64,000 bases of DNA from a virus: positions 30,286 to 94,285 of IMG/VR virus record IMGVR_UViG_3300030012_001865. One strand, 5' to 3'. The position numbers and the translations under genes were made by a program. Below, piece after piece: positions 9,116-16,629 of this stretch; position 1 is the stretch's first letter; the number at the start of each line of letters is the position of its first letter. The notes beneath the pieces are model-generated. The model did not search any database. It saw only the letters and a list, made by a program, of their open reading frames with translations, and was not told where the DNA came from.

Positions 9116-11233
9116 CTAAAAACGAGTTTTCTTTTTCTTAAATAAAGACTTATTCCAAAAACTCTGATCATATATAGTAGTAGTTTTGGTTTCTTTCTCT
9201 ACTTTTATTTTTTTAACTTCTTCTAGATGATACATTACCATCATTAGTGCCATGACCCTATCAAAGTTTCCTACATCATTGTAAGATATAAGTTCTTTCA
9301 ATAATGCTACACTTCTTATTTTATGCAGGTTTAGCAACCCTTCATTCTCATACGGATCTAGTAACCACATCTTGATTAACTCTTCACCGTACATTTTTAA
9401 AGGCTTTGACATGTGCATACCTTTTTGACGCTGCACTTTACTATGTTGTATTACATCTTTTATAATTTCAGGTTGATCTGAAAGTAAATATGTTTCGTGT
9501 TTATGTTCTAAATACTGAAACAATCCTTTACGTTCGTTCTCATACAAACACTTTGCGTTGTAGAACTTTAACAATCTTCTTACATTTTCATAATATTGGT
9601 TTGCTGTATCAGGTCTACCTGTGTACTCAGCTACAATACGATTTGTAAGTTTGTTTAATATAAACGTAGATCCTAAAGAAGAGGTGGTAGATTCATCATG
9701 ATCATAAGGGTCAGTACCTGCAAGATACATGCCATAAGGTATTTGGCCATCTCTATCTTCATAAGGCATCTCGTATATAATTACACATCCTGCTATGTTA
9801 TCATTACCTCTAATTGGAAACTCATAGATTGGTTGTAGCTTTGCATTAGGCTTCCAGTTTACTTTACCTGAGTCTGCATCTATATACAACTCTCCAATAT
9901 AATCATGATTGCGTTCTCTGTTAGATGCCTCTAACTCAGCAAGTCTTGTAAGTAAATCTGCCACTGGAAATAAGTTACCTGTACGTGTAAGAAATACTTC
10001 TGATGGTACAAGTGGTCTGTTTTGTAGCTCTGCATCTAGCGCACTCCTAGCATTTTTACCTTCTTTTAGTTTTTCTCTAAATTTATCTAGGTAATCTCTT
10101 GCAGGCTGCTCTTGTGTATTACCATTATCGTCTTTAAACTGATTCAGCCCTCTGTATGCAGGAACAAAATAAGATATTTTACCTTTGTCTTCCCACTCAT
10201 CGTCAAAAGAAATCATATCATAGACGTCAGGATTGTAAAACATATCTCTTGCATCTACAGTACCACCGCCTTCCATGTCACCACCTGTGCCAAGATACAT
10301 ACAGCTACCAAATTTGTAAGCCCCGTTTTTCATACATTCTACAGATGCTTCGTGTGACGCCTTTAGATTGTTAAACATACCAATCTCTTCCATAACCATC
10401 ACGGCAGGACGCGTACCATTGGCTGCAAATGGGTTATCTTTAAATGTTCTATGCTTAATTTTAGATTTAGAACCCATAACTTTCCAGGTTCCACCAAGTT
10501 TTTTCTTGTATTCTGCAATAATTTCTTTACCAGAGTACCAACTACCGCCATATTGCTTGGCAAAAGGTGAGGGAAAGAATTTATTTCCAATTTCTATGCC
10601 ACCAGGCAAGTTATCTAGCCCAAATTGCGTCTTTTTTAGTATATCACCTGAATATTTAGCGTCACCTGCGCCTACAACTATCTCTGTAGAGGGTGGATTT
10701 TTTATAAGCTCAGGATCATAAGACTTCATGCCGTCAAATACAAACTCGTGTCCTGCTACGCCACCTGCTACAGAGTATGACTTACCAAATCCACGGCTAC
10801 CCATCATCATAAAGTTCTTAGCTTCGTTTTCCCATAAAGGTTTTCCTAAGCTTTTTTTGTGTGTCCTACGCATATATTCTGCAGCAGGTACATAATTATC
10901 TTGTCCTATAAACTCTCTGTTACATGTAAACTCTTTATCATCTTCAAATCCAGAAAATCCGCGTGCTTCTACCCAATTGTAAAAGAATTCCCACTCAAGA
11001 TCTCGAAGAAATGGTTTACCAGGTGTTTTAGTTTTAGAATGTTGGGTTTTGTTAAGAAGTATTGTCCAAAAATTGACATAAAAATAAAGGTTACCTGGCA
11101 TCCATACTCCGCCCACCCAGTAACCTTCTATACAACGCTTTTTTTCTTCTCTCCAAAACAGTAAATATTCTTCACTGGCTGGATGAAGTTGAGGTATCTC
11201 TTTTAGTAAAAAAGCATCTTTGTTAATAATCAT
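9116..11233 (-). CDS. terL: Terminase large subunit
   Basis: Walker A GSRGFGKS, Walker B VMEEIG, GTGG coupling motif, nuclease GTDPYD ... YENE ... FDRVMA. Confidence 0.93.
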   Translation of the reverse strand: MIINKDAFLLKEIPQLHPASEEYLLFWREEKKRCIEGYWVGGVWMPGNLYFYVNFWTILLNKTQHSKTKTPGKPFLRDLEWEFFYNWVEARGFSGFEDDKEFTCNREFIGQDNYVPAAEYMRRTHKKSLGKPLWENEAKNFMMMGSRGFGKSYSVAGGVAGHEFVFDGMKSYDPELIKNPPSTEIVVGAGDAKYSGDILKKTQFGLDNLPGGIEIGNKFFPSPFAKQYGGSWYSGKEIIAEYKKKLGGTWKVMGSKSKIKHRTFKDNPFAANGTRPAVMVMEEIGMFNNLKASHEASVECMKNGAYKFGSCMYLGTGGDMEGGGTVDARDMFYNPDVYDMISFDDEWEDKGKISYFVPAYRGLNQFKDDNGNTQEQPARDYLDKFREKLKEGKNARSALDAELQNRPLVPSEVFLTRTGNLFPVADLLTRLAELEASNRERNHDYIGELYIDADSGKVNWKPNAKLQPIYEFPIRGNDNIAGCVIIYEMPYEDRDGQIPYGMYLAGTDPYDHDESTTSSLGSTFILNKLTNRIVAEYTGRPDTANQYYENVRRLLKFYNAKCLYENERKGLFQYLEHKHETYLLSDQPEIIKDVIQHSKVQRQKGMHMSKPLKMYGEELIKMWLLDPYENEGLLNLHKIRSVALLKELISYNDVGNFDRVMALMMVMYHLEEVKKIKVEKETKTTTIYDQSFWNKSLFKKKKTRF

Positions 11234-11751
11234 ATTAATCCTTTCTCGGACGCTGACTCTTCTGCTCCACCCTTTGTAGAACCTTCGTTAGTTTCTTTAT
11301 CCACGAGTTTAAGAAGACGTTCATAATCCTCAAACAATTTAACATTTGTTTTAAGTAATCCTTCGATAGTGTCTGCATTATCTTCATAAGTAAGCGTATC
11401 TAAGTATAACGTTTTTTCGTCCATCTTTTTATTCCACACCATTAGCTGTCTTTTAGCAGGAGTAACTAAAGTTGTTTCATAAAAATGGATTGCCTCTCTA
11501 TACTGATCCCAATCAAACTTTGTGTCTTTTAAATAATCTTTTGCTATCATATCCTTACGTGTATTGTAAGATATGTTAGAAAATTTAGAATCAGGATCTG
11601 CTAAAAGAGCAATAGCCCACATTATCTGTGAGCTTTTGCTTTTAGTTTTGCTTTTATCTTTTTCTAAGATAGAAGCAAAGGGGAGGGGGACTTTAAGTTG
11701 TGGATGTAACTTCCAAAAGTTTACATCTGTGTTAAATCCTTCTAATATCAT
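11230..11751 (-). CDS. Hypothetical protein, candidate terminase small subunit
   Basis: 173 aa helical protein overlapping the TerL start by 4 nt; DKSKTKSKSS..MWAI pattern seen upstream of crAss-like TerL. Confidence 0.45.
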   Translation of the reverse strand: MILEGFNTDVNFWKLHPQLKVPLPFASILEKDKSKTKSKSSQIMWAIALLADPDSKFSNISYNTRKDMIAKDYLKDTKFDWDQYREAIHFYETTLVTPAKRQLMVWNKKMDEKTLYLDTLTYEDNADTIEGLLKTNVKLFEDYERLLKLVDKETNEGSTKGGAEESASEKGLI

Positions 11752-12023
11752 TTTACAATGCCTAAAACATCAAACATGTTCATTTGAAAATATTCTATAC
11801 CGTCTACATTAACCATAAATCCTTGGCCTTTTGGTATTACAACATCTCCAACTTTTACATCTTTAACATCTTTACTGACTGCTACTACTTTAGCATGCCC
11901 ATCTCTTTTTTCTGCTTCTTCTTTTAACATAGACTCGGATTTAATAATTCCGCTCTCTGTTTCCTTCGCCACTTCTGGCATTTCAACAACAATATGTTGT
12001 CCTAAAGGTTCGTAATTAATCAT
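11748..12023 (-). CDS. groES: GroES/Cpn10-like co-chaperonin
   Basis: EPLGQHIVV, ETESGII mobile loop, AKVVAVS..VKDVKVGDVV, DVLGIV; ATG 12023 preferred. Confidence 0.85.
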   Translation of the reverse strand: MINYEPLGQHIVVEMPEVAKETESGIIKSESMLKEEAEKRDGHAKVVAVSKDVKDVKVGDVVIPKGQGFMVNVDGIEYFQMNMFDVLGIVK

Positions 12024-12025
12024 TG

Positions 12026-12253
12026 TTACCATTTTTTAAGTGGGCAGTGTGATTGCATAGATCTTGTTTTAGCAACCAAAGGACACCCACATTGTTTACA
12101 TCTATTTCTAACATTGTGTTCGCACTCTCCACATATTTCAACTCTAGCTTTTGCTATTTTCTCTACGTGTGGATTTGGAAACACTACATTCTTCCAACCG
12201 TTAAATATTTCAGCAACTTTACTCGCTGGACTTCTTTTGTCGTCTTGGGCCAT
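12026..12253 (-). CDS. Small Cys-rich Zn-binding protein (DUF6171-like)
   Basis: R.EICGEC...CKQCGC.L.AKTR....CPLKKW. Confidence 0.65.
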   Translation of the reverse strand: MAQDDKRSPASKVAEIFNGWKNVVFPNPHVEKIAKARVEICGECEHNVRNRCKQCGCPLVAKTRSMQSHCPLKKW

Positions 12254-12437
12254 TTTTATAATAATTTAATCTATTTTTCTTTACTGTAAACATCCCTAGA
12301 TGTTTTAATCTTGTCGATTTAAAATCTCCCTCTTCTATAGTGTTTTTTAAAAGACTAAATTGGGATTTAACAATAAGTTCTATTTTAAACTCACTTAACT
12401 TATGTTTTTTTGCTAGCTTTTTAATTATTTTGTCCAC
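12219..12437 (-). CDS. IHF/HU-like DNA-binding protein
   Basis: 72 aa basic protein; IIKKLAKK ... IEEG ... RLKHLGMFTVK resembles the IHF/HU fold. Confidence 0.65.
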   Translation of the reverse strand: MDKIIKKLAKKHKLSEFKIELIVKSQFSLLKNTIEEGDFKSTRLKHLGMFTVKKNRLNYYKNGPRRQKKSSE

Positions 12438-12772
12438 GCTAATTTATAAGTTACTTCTATCCCATCTTCTTTTATACCATTCAAAATTGTAGGGTTTATA
12501 GATTTATCTACAATCATTTTCTTCTTTCTAAGCATTGTAATATGATTATTAAAAGAAGCTTCTGACATACCTATTTGTTTTCTAACTAATTTTCTAACAG
12601 GAGTAGAAAACAGCATTTTGTTTAGCCCCTCTTTATCTCTGTTAGATTGCCATATAGATAAAAAACTAGAAAGCACTTCTATCTCTTTGTCTTTTAATTT
12701 TAACAAAGGATTTAGTATTTGAAGATATGCCTTCATAGATTTTGGTATGTCTCCTTTTATTGGTATTATCAT
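12425..12772 (-). CDS. Putative winged-HTH DNA-binding protein
   Basis: LKDKEIEVL ... RKLVRKQIGMSEASFNNHITMLRKKKMI helix-turn-helix pattern. Confidence 0.55.
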   Translation of the reverse strand: MIIPIKGDIPKSMKAYLQILNPLLKLKDKEIEVLSSFLSIWQSNRDKEGLNKMLFSTPVRKLVRKQIGMSEASFNNHITMLRKKKMIVDKSINPTILNGIKEDGIEVTYKLAWTK

Positions 12773-12776
12773 GCGT

Positions 12777-12784
12777 CAAATATA
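12777..12784 (-). promoter_or_regulatory. Putative -7 box (TATATTTG) just before the HTH gene
   Basis: Exact TAnnTTTG ending 4 nt before ATG 12772; -33 box not convincing. Confidence 0.45.
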
Positions 12785-12790
12785 ATAAAA

Positions 12791-13567
12791 TTAATTATAA
12801 TTTAACATGTCGATAATTTCTTTTCGATAATCTGCACACTTTATAAGTTTATAAGTGTCATTTTTTTCGTTGAACCAAACTATAAAACAATCTTTGATTC
12901 TAAGGTTTGTTTCGTACTCAATTATATATCTGTAAAGTGAAAGTTGTAAAGAGTATGTAGAAAATTCACACTCGTCTAGGTGAGATACAGGCCCAAGCAT
13001 CTTTTTTTGGTACCTGCTTTTGTAAGTCATTCTTTTGTTCGTTTTCCAGTCAAATATGACAAGCCCATCAAGAGTATTTGAATAGTAGAGCTGGTCAACC
13101 ATACCGCATATCCCAAGATCGCGAGAACCAACGCACAACTCAGAGCGAACAGGTATAAGATTTTCTTTCGATTCTTCATAAAATTCTAAAAAGTAGGATT
13201 CAATTTTGTCGTACGCTTCTTTATCTAAATCAAAGTCATACATTACATTAGTGAGCACCTTATTATTTATGTAGTTTTCCGCAAATGCGTGAAACTTACT
13301 ACCTTTATTACATGCGCGTAAACTAATCGAATCCCACCTATCTAGAATGTCCTGCAGTTTTACATTTTCTTTTTCTGCAGAACGTGCTGCCCAAAAGTCT
13401 CTCTCAAAAGTTTCTTTGAATTGTCCAATGAATGTGGTTACAGATATAGCTTCCTGCCCCCCGACAGTATACGTGTGTCCCTTCTCCGTAAATACCACAT
13501 CATTGAACTTGTTTAATTCTGTGTATAAAAACATAATATCAATCTTCTTCTCCTTCTCCTTCTTCAT
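12791..13567 (-). CDS. PD-(D/E)XK (Cas4-like) exonuclease
   Basis: SVTTFI, GSKFH, SEL.V, GMVDQL, IFDWKTNK, YSLQLSLY; true start may lie slightly downstream. Confidence 0.8.
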   Translation of the reverse strand: MKKEKEKKIDIMFLYTELNKFNDVVFTEKGHTYTVGGQEAISVTTFIGQFKETFERDFWAARSAEKENVKLQDILDRWDSISLRACNKGSKFHAFAENYINNKVLTNVMYDFDLDKEAYDKIESYFLEFYEESKENLIPVRSELCVGSRDLGICGMVDQLYYSNTLDGLVIFDWKTNKRMTYKSRYQKKMLGPVSHLDECEFSTYSLQLSLYRYIIEYETNLRIKDCFIVWFNEKNDTYKLIKCADYRKEIIDMLNYN

Positions 13568-13646
13568 AAACGGTTTCTTCCTCTATAGTAGAATCCGTTA
13601 TCCAAGATTCCCATATTATCTTTGCTTGTTCTTTTGGATCTGTCAT
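13539..13646 (-). CDS. Small acidic hypothetical protein (35 aa)
   Basis: MTDPKEQAKIIWESWITDS...; ATG 13646 preferred because the longer called ORF runs through the structured RNA. Confidence 0.4.
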   Translation of the reverse strand: MTDPKEQAKIIWESWITDSTIEEETVYEEGEGEED

Positions 13647-13662
13647 ATCACACTTAATTATT

Positions 13663-13812
13663 AAAACAAAAGTGGCCAAAAGAAAACCAAACTGAAATGC
13701 CACTAACTTTTCAATCGGGAGAGTCATTGCTGGTTCAACTCTCAAACATCAAACGAAGATACTTGTCTGTTCCAACAATCGTCTCTGATTGAAGTGCTAG
13801 TTCGGTAACTCA
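13663..13812 (-). ncRNA. Candidate structured small RNA (6S-like or antisense sRNA)
   Basis: Bounded by the TACGTTTG -7 box (13818-13825) and an AGTGGC-N22-GCCACT hairpin followed by TTTGTTTT; internal TTCAATC/GATTGAA and GAGAGT/ACTCTC stems. Confidence 0.5.
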
Positions 13813-13817
13813 GTTTG

Positions 13818-13825
13818 CAAACGTA
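13818..13825 (-). promoter_or_regulatory. Putative -7 box (TACGTTTG) at the head of the leftward block
   Basis: Matches TAnnTTTG at the divergence point; A/T tracts upstream. Confidence 0.55.
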
Positions 13826-13930
13826 AAAAAAAATTTTTTATAAAAAAAATATTTTCTGAGAAAATGAAAGAGTGGACCACCTATATCACGGCACCCCTTC
13901 TATCTTTTGCGGGCTAACACCCCCACAGTT
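13826..13930. other. Strand-switch region, probable genome terminus or packaging junction
   Basis: A/T tracts then GGACCACC, GCACCCC, ACACCCCC C-runs between the divergent late (-) and early (+) blocks. Confidence 0.4.
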
Positions 13931-13968
13931 GCAAATTATAAATTTATCAATCCTAAAAACAAGTTTTT

Positions 13969-14316
13969 ATGCTTACTAAATTCACAATTTACAAAGTGTC
14001 GCTTTCCGAAAAGAATAACACCACTATCGTCCTAAAGGCCGACAGTGCCGTATCCTTCGGAAATATGCGCCTACAGTCAGTCGTTATGAATAACTCCTTC
14101 TGTTGGCACACTTTCCGCGGAAAGCTTGACACGGAGTTTACTCAACTCCAACAACAGCAAGCTGTCATTGAAGTTGACAACCCCCAAATTTCCGTCGCTG
14201 ACGCTGACGGAAAAGGTGGTGGTAAACTCCTGCTCACACCTAACTCACACCTAAAGGTGTTCGTTAATGGTGTCGAGCAAACTGCTACGGTTGCTCCGCA
14301 ACCTGCACAGTCGTAA
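13969..14316 (+). CDS. First early gene, hypothetical (possible OB-fold/ssDNA-binding)
   Basis: 115 aa, A-rich leader, own terminator, visibly C-richer codons than neighbours. Confidence 0.65.
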   Translation: MLTKFTIYKVSLSEKNNTTIVLKADSAVSFGNMRLQSVVMNNSFCWHTFRGKLDTEFTQLQQQQAVIEVDNPQISVADADGKGGGKLLLTPNSHLKVFVNGVEQTATVAPQPAQS

Positions 14317-14317
14317 T

Positions 14318-14346
14318 AAGAGCCCTAACGGGCTCTTTATTTTTTT
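14318..14346 (+). terminator. Intrinsic terminator
   Basis: AAGAGCCC-TAAC-GGGCTCTT followed by TATTTTTTT. Confidence 0.88.
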
Positions 14347-14461
14347 GGTTGATCTGTTTACACTTGGTTACGTGATCTTTCGTGCACCAGTTAACATTCC
14401 CACTTATTCCCTTATAATTTACTTACACACTAATCCACTACATTATAACATATAGCTAATT

Positions 14462-14764
14462 ATGGACATTAACGACGAATTAAAGAAAGCTCAATTAGAT
14501 AAAGATTGGGATAGTATCAAAAGAATATTTGATAAGATAAACGACATCTGCCAACAAGAAGCAGACATGAATGTACTTGAGTTCTTAAAGTATAGAGATA
14601 ATACTTCAGAGTCTTGTAGATATTATTCTTTACACTCTAAGACTAAGATAGGACCGTATAAAAATAAACCTAATTGGAATCCAATAACTGTAAAGTATAA
14701 AACAAGTATTGAACGCAGATTTCAAGAAGATGCAATAAATGATATGGACATGGGAGAGCAGTAA
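14462..14764 (+). CDS. Hypothetical early protein
   Basis: 100-aa ORF, ATG, co-oriented with the early block. Confidence 0.6.
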   Translation: MDINDELKKAQLDKDWDSIKRIFDKINDICQQEADMNVLEFLKYRDNTSESCRYYSLHSKTKIGPYKNKPNWNPITVKYKTSIERRFQEDAINDMDMGEQ

Positions 14765-14790
14765 TATGCTCTCCTTTAATATAAATAGTT

Positions 14791-14979
14791 ATGAAAAACG
14801 CTACACTTACAGAATACTTACAAGCAAGGATACAAACGCTTGAGACAGAAAATAAAAAGCTTAGAAAAGATAACATTACTCTAAGTAATAATAATTCAAC
14901 TCTACTATGGAAATGTAGTGAGTTAGAACAACAAGTTGCTAACCTAAAACGAGAAAAGGTTGCAATGCAAACACGATAA
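14791..14979 (+). CDS. Small coiled-coil early protein
   Basis: 62 aa heptad pattern (LQARIQTLETENKKL). Confidence 0.6.
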   Translation: MKNATLTEYLQARIQTLETENKKLRKDNITLSNNNSTLLWKCSELEQQVANLKREKVAMQTR

Positions 14980-15044
14980 AGCATATGGTACAAGCACACT
15001 TATGTAATGGTGCTTGGCAGGTTCGATTCCTGCATGCTTTACTA
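14978..15044 (+). ncRNA. tRNA-like element lacking a D-stem
   Basis: 7-bp acceptor AAAGCAT/ATGCTTT, 6-nt linker ATGGTA, 7-bp stem CAAGCAC/GTGCTTG with 12-nt loop, perfect T-arm GCAGG-TTCGATT-CCTGC, 3' ACTA. Confidence 0.7.
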
Positions 15045-15100
15045 TGCGTAAGCATAATCAACAACAATTATTTATTAATCAGTTAAAATTTAAAAGAAAA

Positions 15101-15796
15101 ATGGCTGAACAAACTCAAACAACAGCAGTAGCTCAAGAAGTTACAAATGCAACACCAGTAAAGATTCATGGTATTGTACCAACAGTTAACCCATCAGTGT
15201 TCCAACTTATCTTACGTTCAGAGAACACAAAGCCTTCGGCAGCAGGTAGCGGACCAGAAGGATTCTCTATGTTCATGAGTACATATGCTCAAAATAATGT
15301 AGAGAAGAGAGTTAAGTATCACTCTGTAGATGCTAACTTCTTAGAAGCGTATGGTCTTGCTGAAGTTACACGTGACAACAATGGTAAACTAAAGAATGTA
15401 GAACTAAATGATGTTGACCCTGTATCAGGTGAGATGATTAGTGGTGCAGTAGAACTAAATAGTTTACTAAGAGTTAAGGATATTAAAAATCCTATCAATG
15501 GTAATTCTATTGTACCTGAGAAATTACCTGAACACAAACTAGTTGTTACCGAGACATTTACACAGAAGTTTAACAAAGATGGTAATGGTATAGTTACATG
15601 GTCTCAAAAGCCTAAGCAGAATCCTTCTACTAAAGAAGTATTGTGTAATCAAGGCAAGCCAATTTATCGCAATGTAGATCTTACATTTGATATGTCAAGA
15701 GAAGATGTATACATCAAGCATGATGGTACAGAACCTATGACACCAACTAGTAATGATCCATTTGCTAACGGTACTCCAGATGGATTGATGGGGTAA
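15101..15796 (+). CDS. Conserved crAss-like early hypothetical protein
   Basis: ATG 15101 after AAAAGAAAA (the called TTG at 15014 lies in the tRNA-like element); C-terminal NPSTKEVL...GKPIYRN motif. Confidence 0.7.
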   Translation: MAEQTQTTAVAQEVTNATPVKIHGIVPTVNPSVFQLILRSENTKPSAAGSGPEGFSMFMSTYAQNNVEKRVKYHSVDANFLEAYGLAEVTRDNNGKLKNVELNDVDPVSGEMISGAVELNSLLRVKDIKNPINGNSIVPEKLPEHKLVVTETFTQKFNKDGNGIVTWSQKPKQNPSTKEVLCNQGKPIYRNVDLTFDMSREDVYIKHDGTEPMTPTSNDPFANGTPDGLMG

Positions 15797-15808
15797 TTTG
15801 CAACTGAT

Positions 15809-15840
15809 AGACAGAGAGAGTAACATCTCTCTGTCTTTCT
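15809..15840 (+). terminator. Intrinsic terminator-like hairpin
   Basis: AGACAGAGAGA...TCTCTCTGTCT followed by TTCT. Confidence 0.7.
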
Positions 15841-15853
15841 AAAGCGATAAGTT

Positions 15854-16048
15854 ATGGCAAGTAGAATTAATATATCAATAGATGAGCTTACATCAATAAA
15901 AGCTCACACAGACGAAGATGGTGAAATCAAAAACTTTGACAACTTTATAGAGTGTCAATCACATTTTAGTAATGATATACTATCACAGTCTGAGTTAGAT
16001 GAAATCGATAAATTTTATAAAGAATCTATTAAAGAAGATAAACAATGA
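15854..16048 (+). CDS. Small acidic hypothetical protein
   Basis: 64 aa, stop overlaps next start (ATGA). Confidence 0.6.
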   Translation: MASRINISIDELTSIKAHTDEDGEIKNFDNFIECQSHFSNDILSQSELDEIDKFYKESIKEDKQ

Positions 16049-16287
16049 ACACATTTTTAATAATTGCAATTATGATATTGACTATTGTCAATATATTTAT
16101 ATCAAGTAAACTTAAAAGAGACTATCGTTTACATGAAATGAACATCACTAGTCTACAATCTGCAGAGTCATATGTTAGGACAAGACTAAACAAACTCGAG
16201 CAAGATGTATTTGAGTGTCAAACTAATCAGCTAAAGTTGACACCTGTGAAGAAGAAGCGTGGTAGACCAAGAAAAGATGGAAAGTAA
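16045..16287 (+). CDS. Membrane-anchored protein with C-terminal AT-hook-like motif
   Basis: N-terminal hydrophobic helix, coiled coil, KKKRGRPRK. Confidence 0.6.
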   Translation: MNTFLIIAIMILTIVNIFISSKLKRDYRLHEMNITSLQSAESYVRTRLNKLEQDVFECQTNQLKLTPVKKKRGRPRKDGK

Positions 16288-16600
16288 TAAAGAGTTTATA
16301 ACTCGTATGATGCTGTTTATCAACGAGTTACCACAAGATAAGAGGCGTGATATGTTCACGCTTCTTTCTTTTCTTGACTTTCAATTAACTATGCGAGATA
16401 ACTTGTTTATTACAGAATTATTTGATAAACTTGACCTCCATTTACTAAATAAAATCGATTGGTATGGTAGAGCAAAACTCAAACAAGAAATTAGACAAGC
16501 GCTTAGAGATTTCTGTAAGACAAGTCAATATTCTTTCACGTTTCATGACAGTAACGAAAAACAAATGCAACAAGTTATGGGCAGTAGAGAAGATAAATGA
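16277..16600 (+). CDS. Hypothetical protein
   Basis: ATG 16277 (MESNKEF) in the frame of ORF 16259..16600. Confidence 0.55.
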   Translation: MESNKEFITRMMLFINELPQDKRRDMFTLLSFLDFQLTMRDNLFITELFDKLDLHLLNKIDWYGRAKLKQEIRQALRDFCKTSQYSFTFHDSNEKQMQQVMGSREDK

Positions 16601-16629
16601 CATATTAAAAATACTAAATAAAGATCTAA

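Noticed and set aside
12791-13567. CRISPR-Cas locus suggested by the Cas4-like nuclease
   Set aside because: No repeat-spacer array or other cas genes seen; solo PD-(D/E)XK nucleases are common in these phages
14978-15044. Canonical tRNA gene
   Set aside because: No D-stem, 12-nt loop with no definable anticodon, no CCA; kept only as a tRNA-like element
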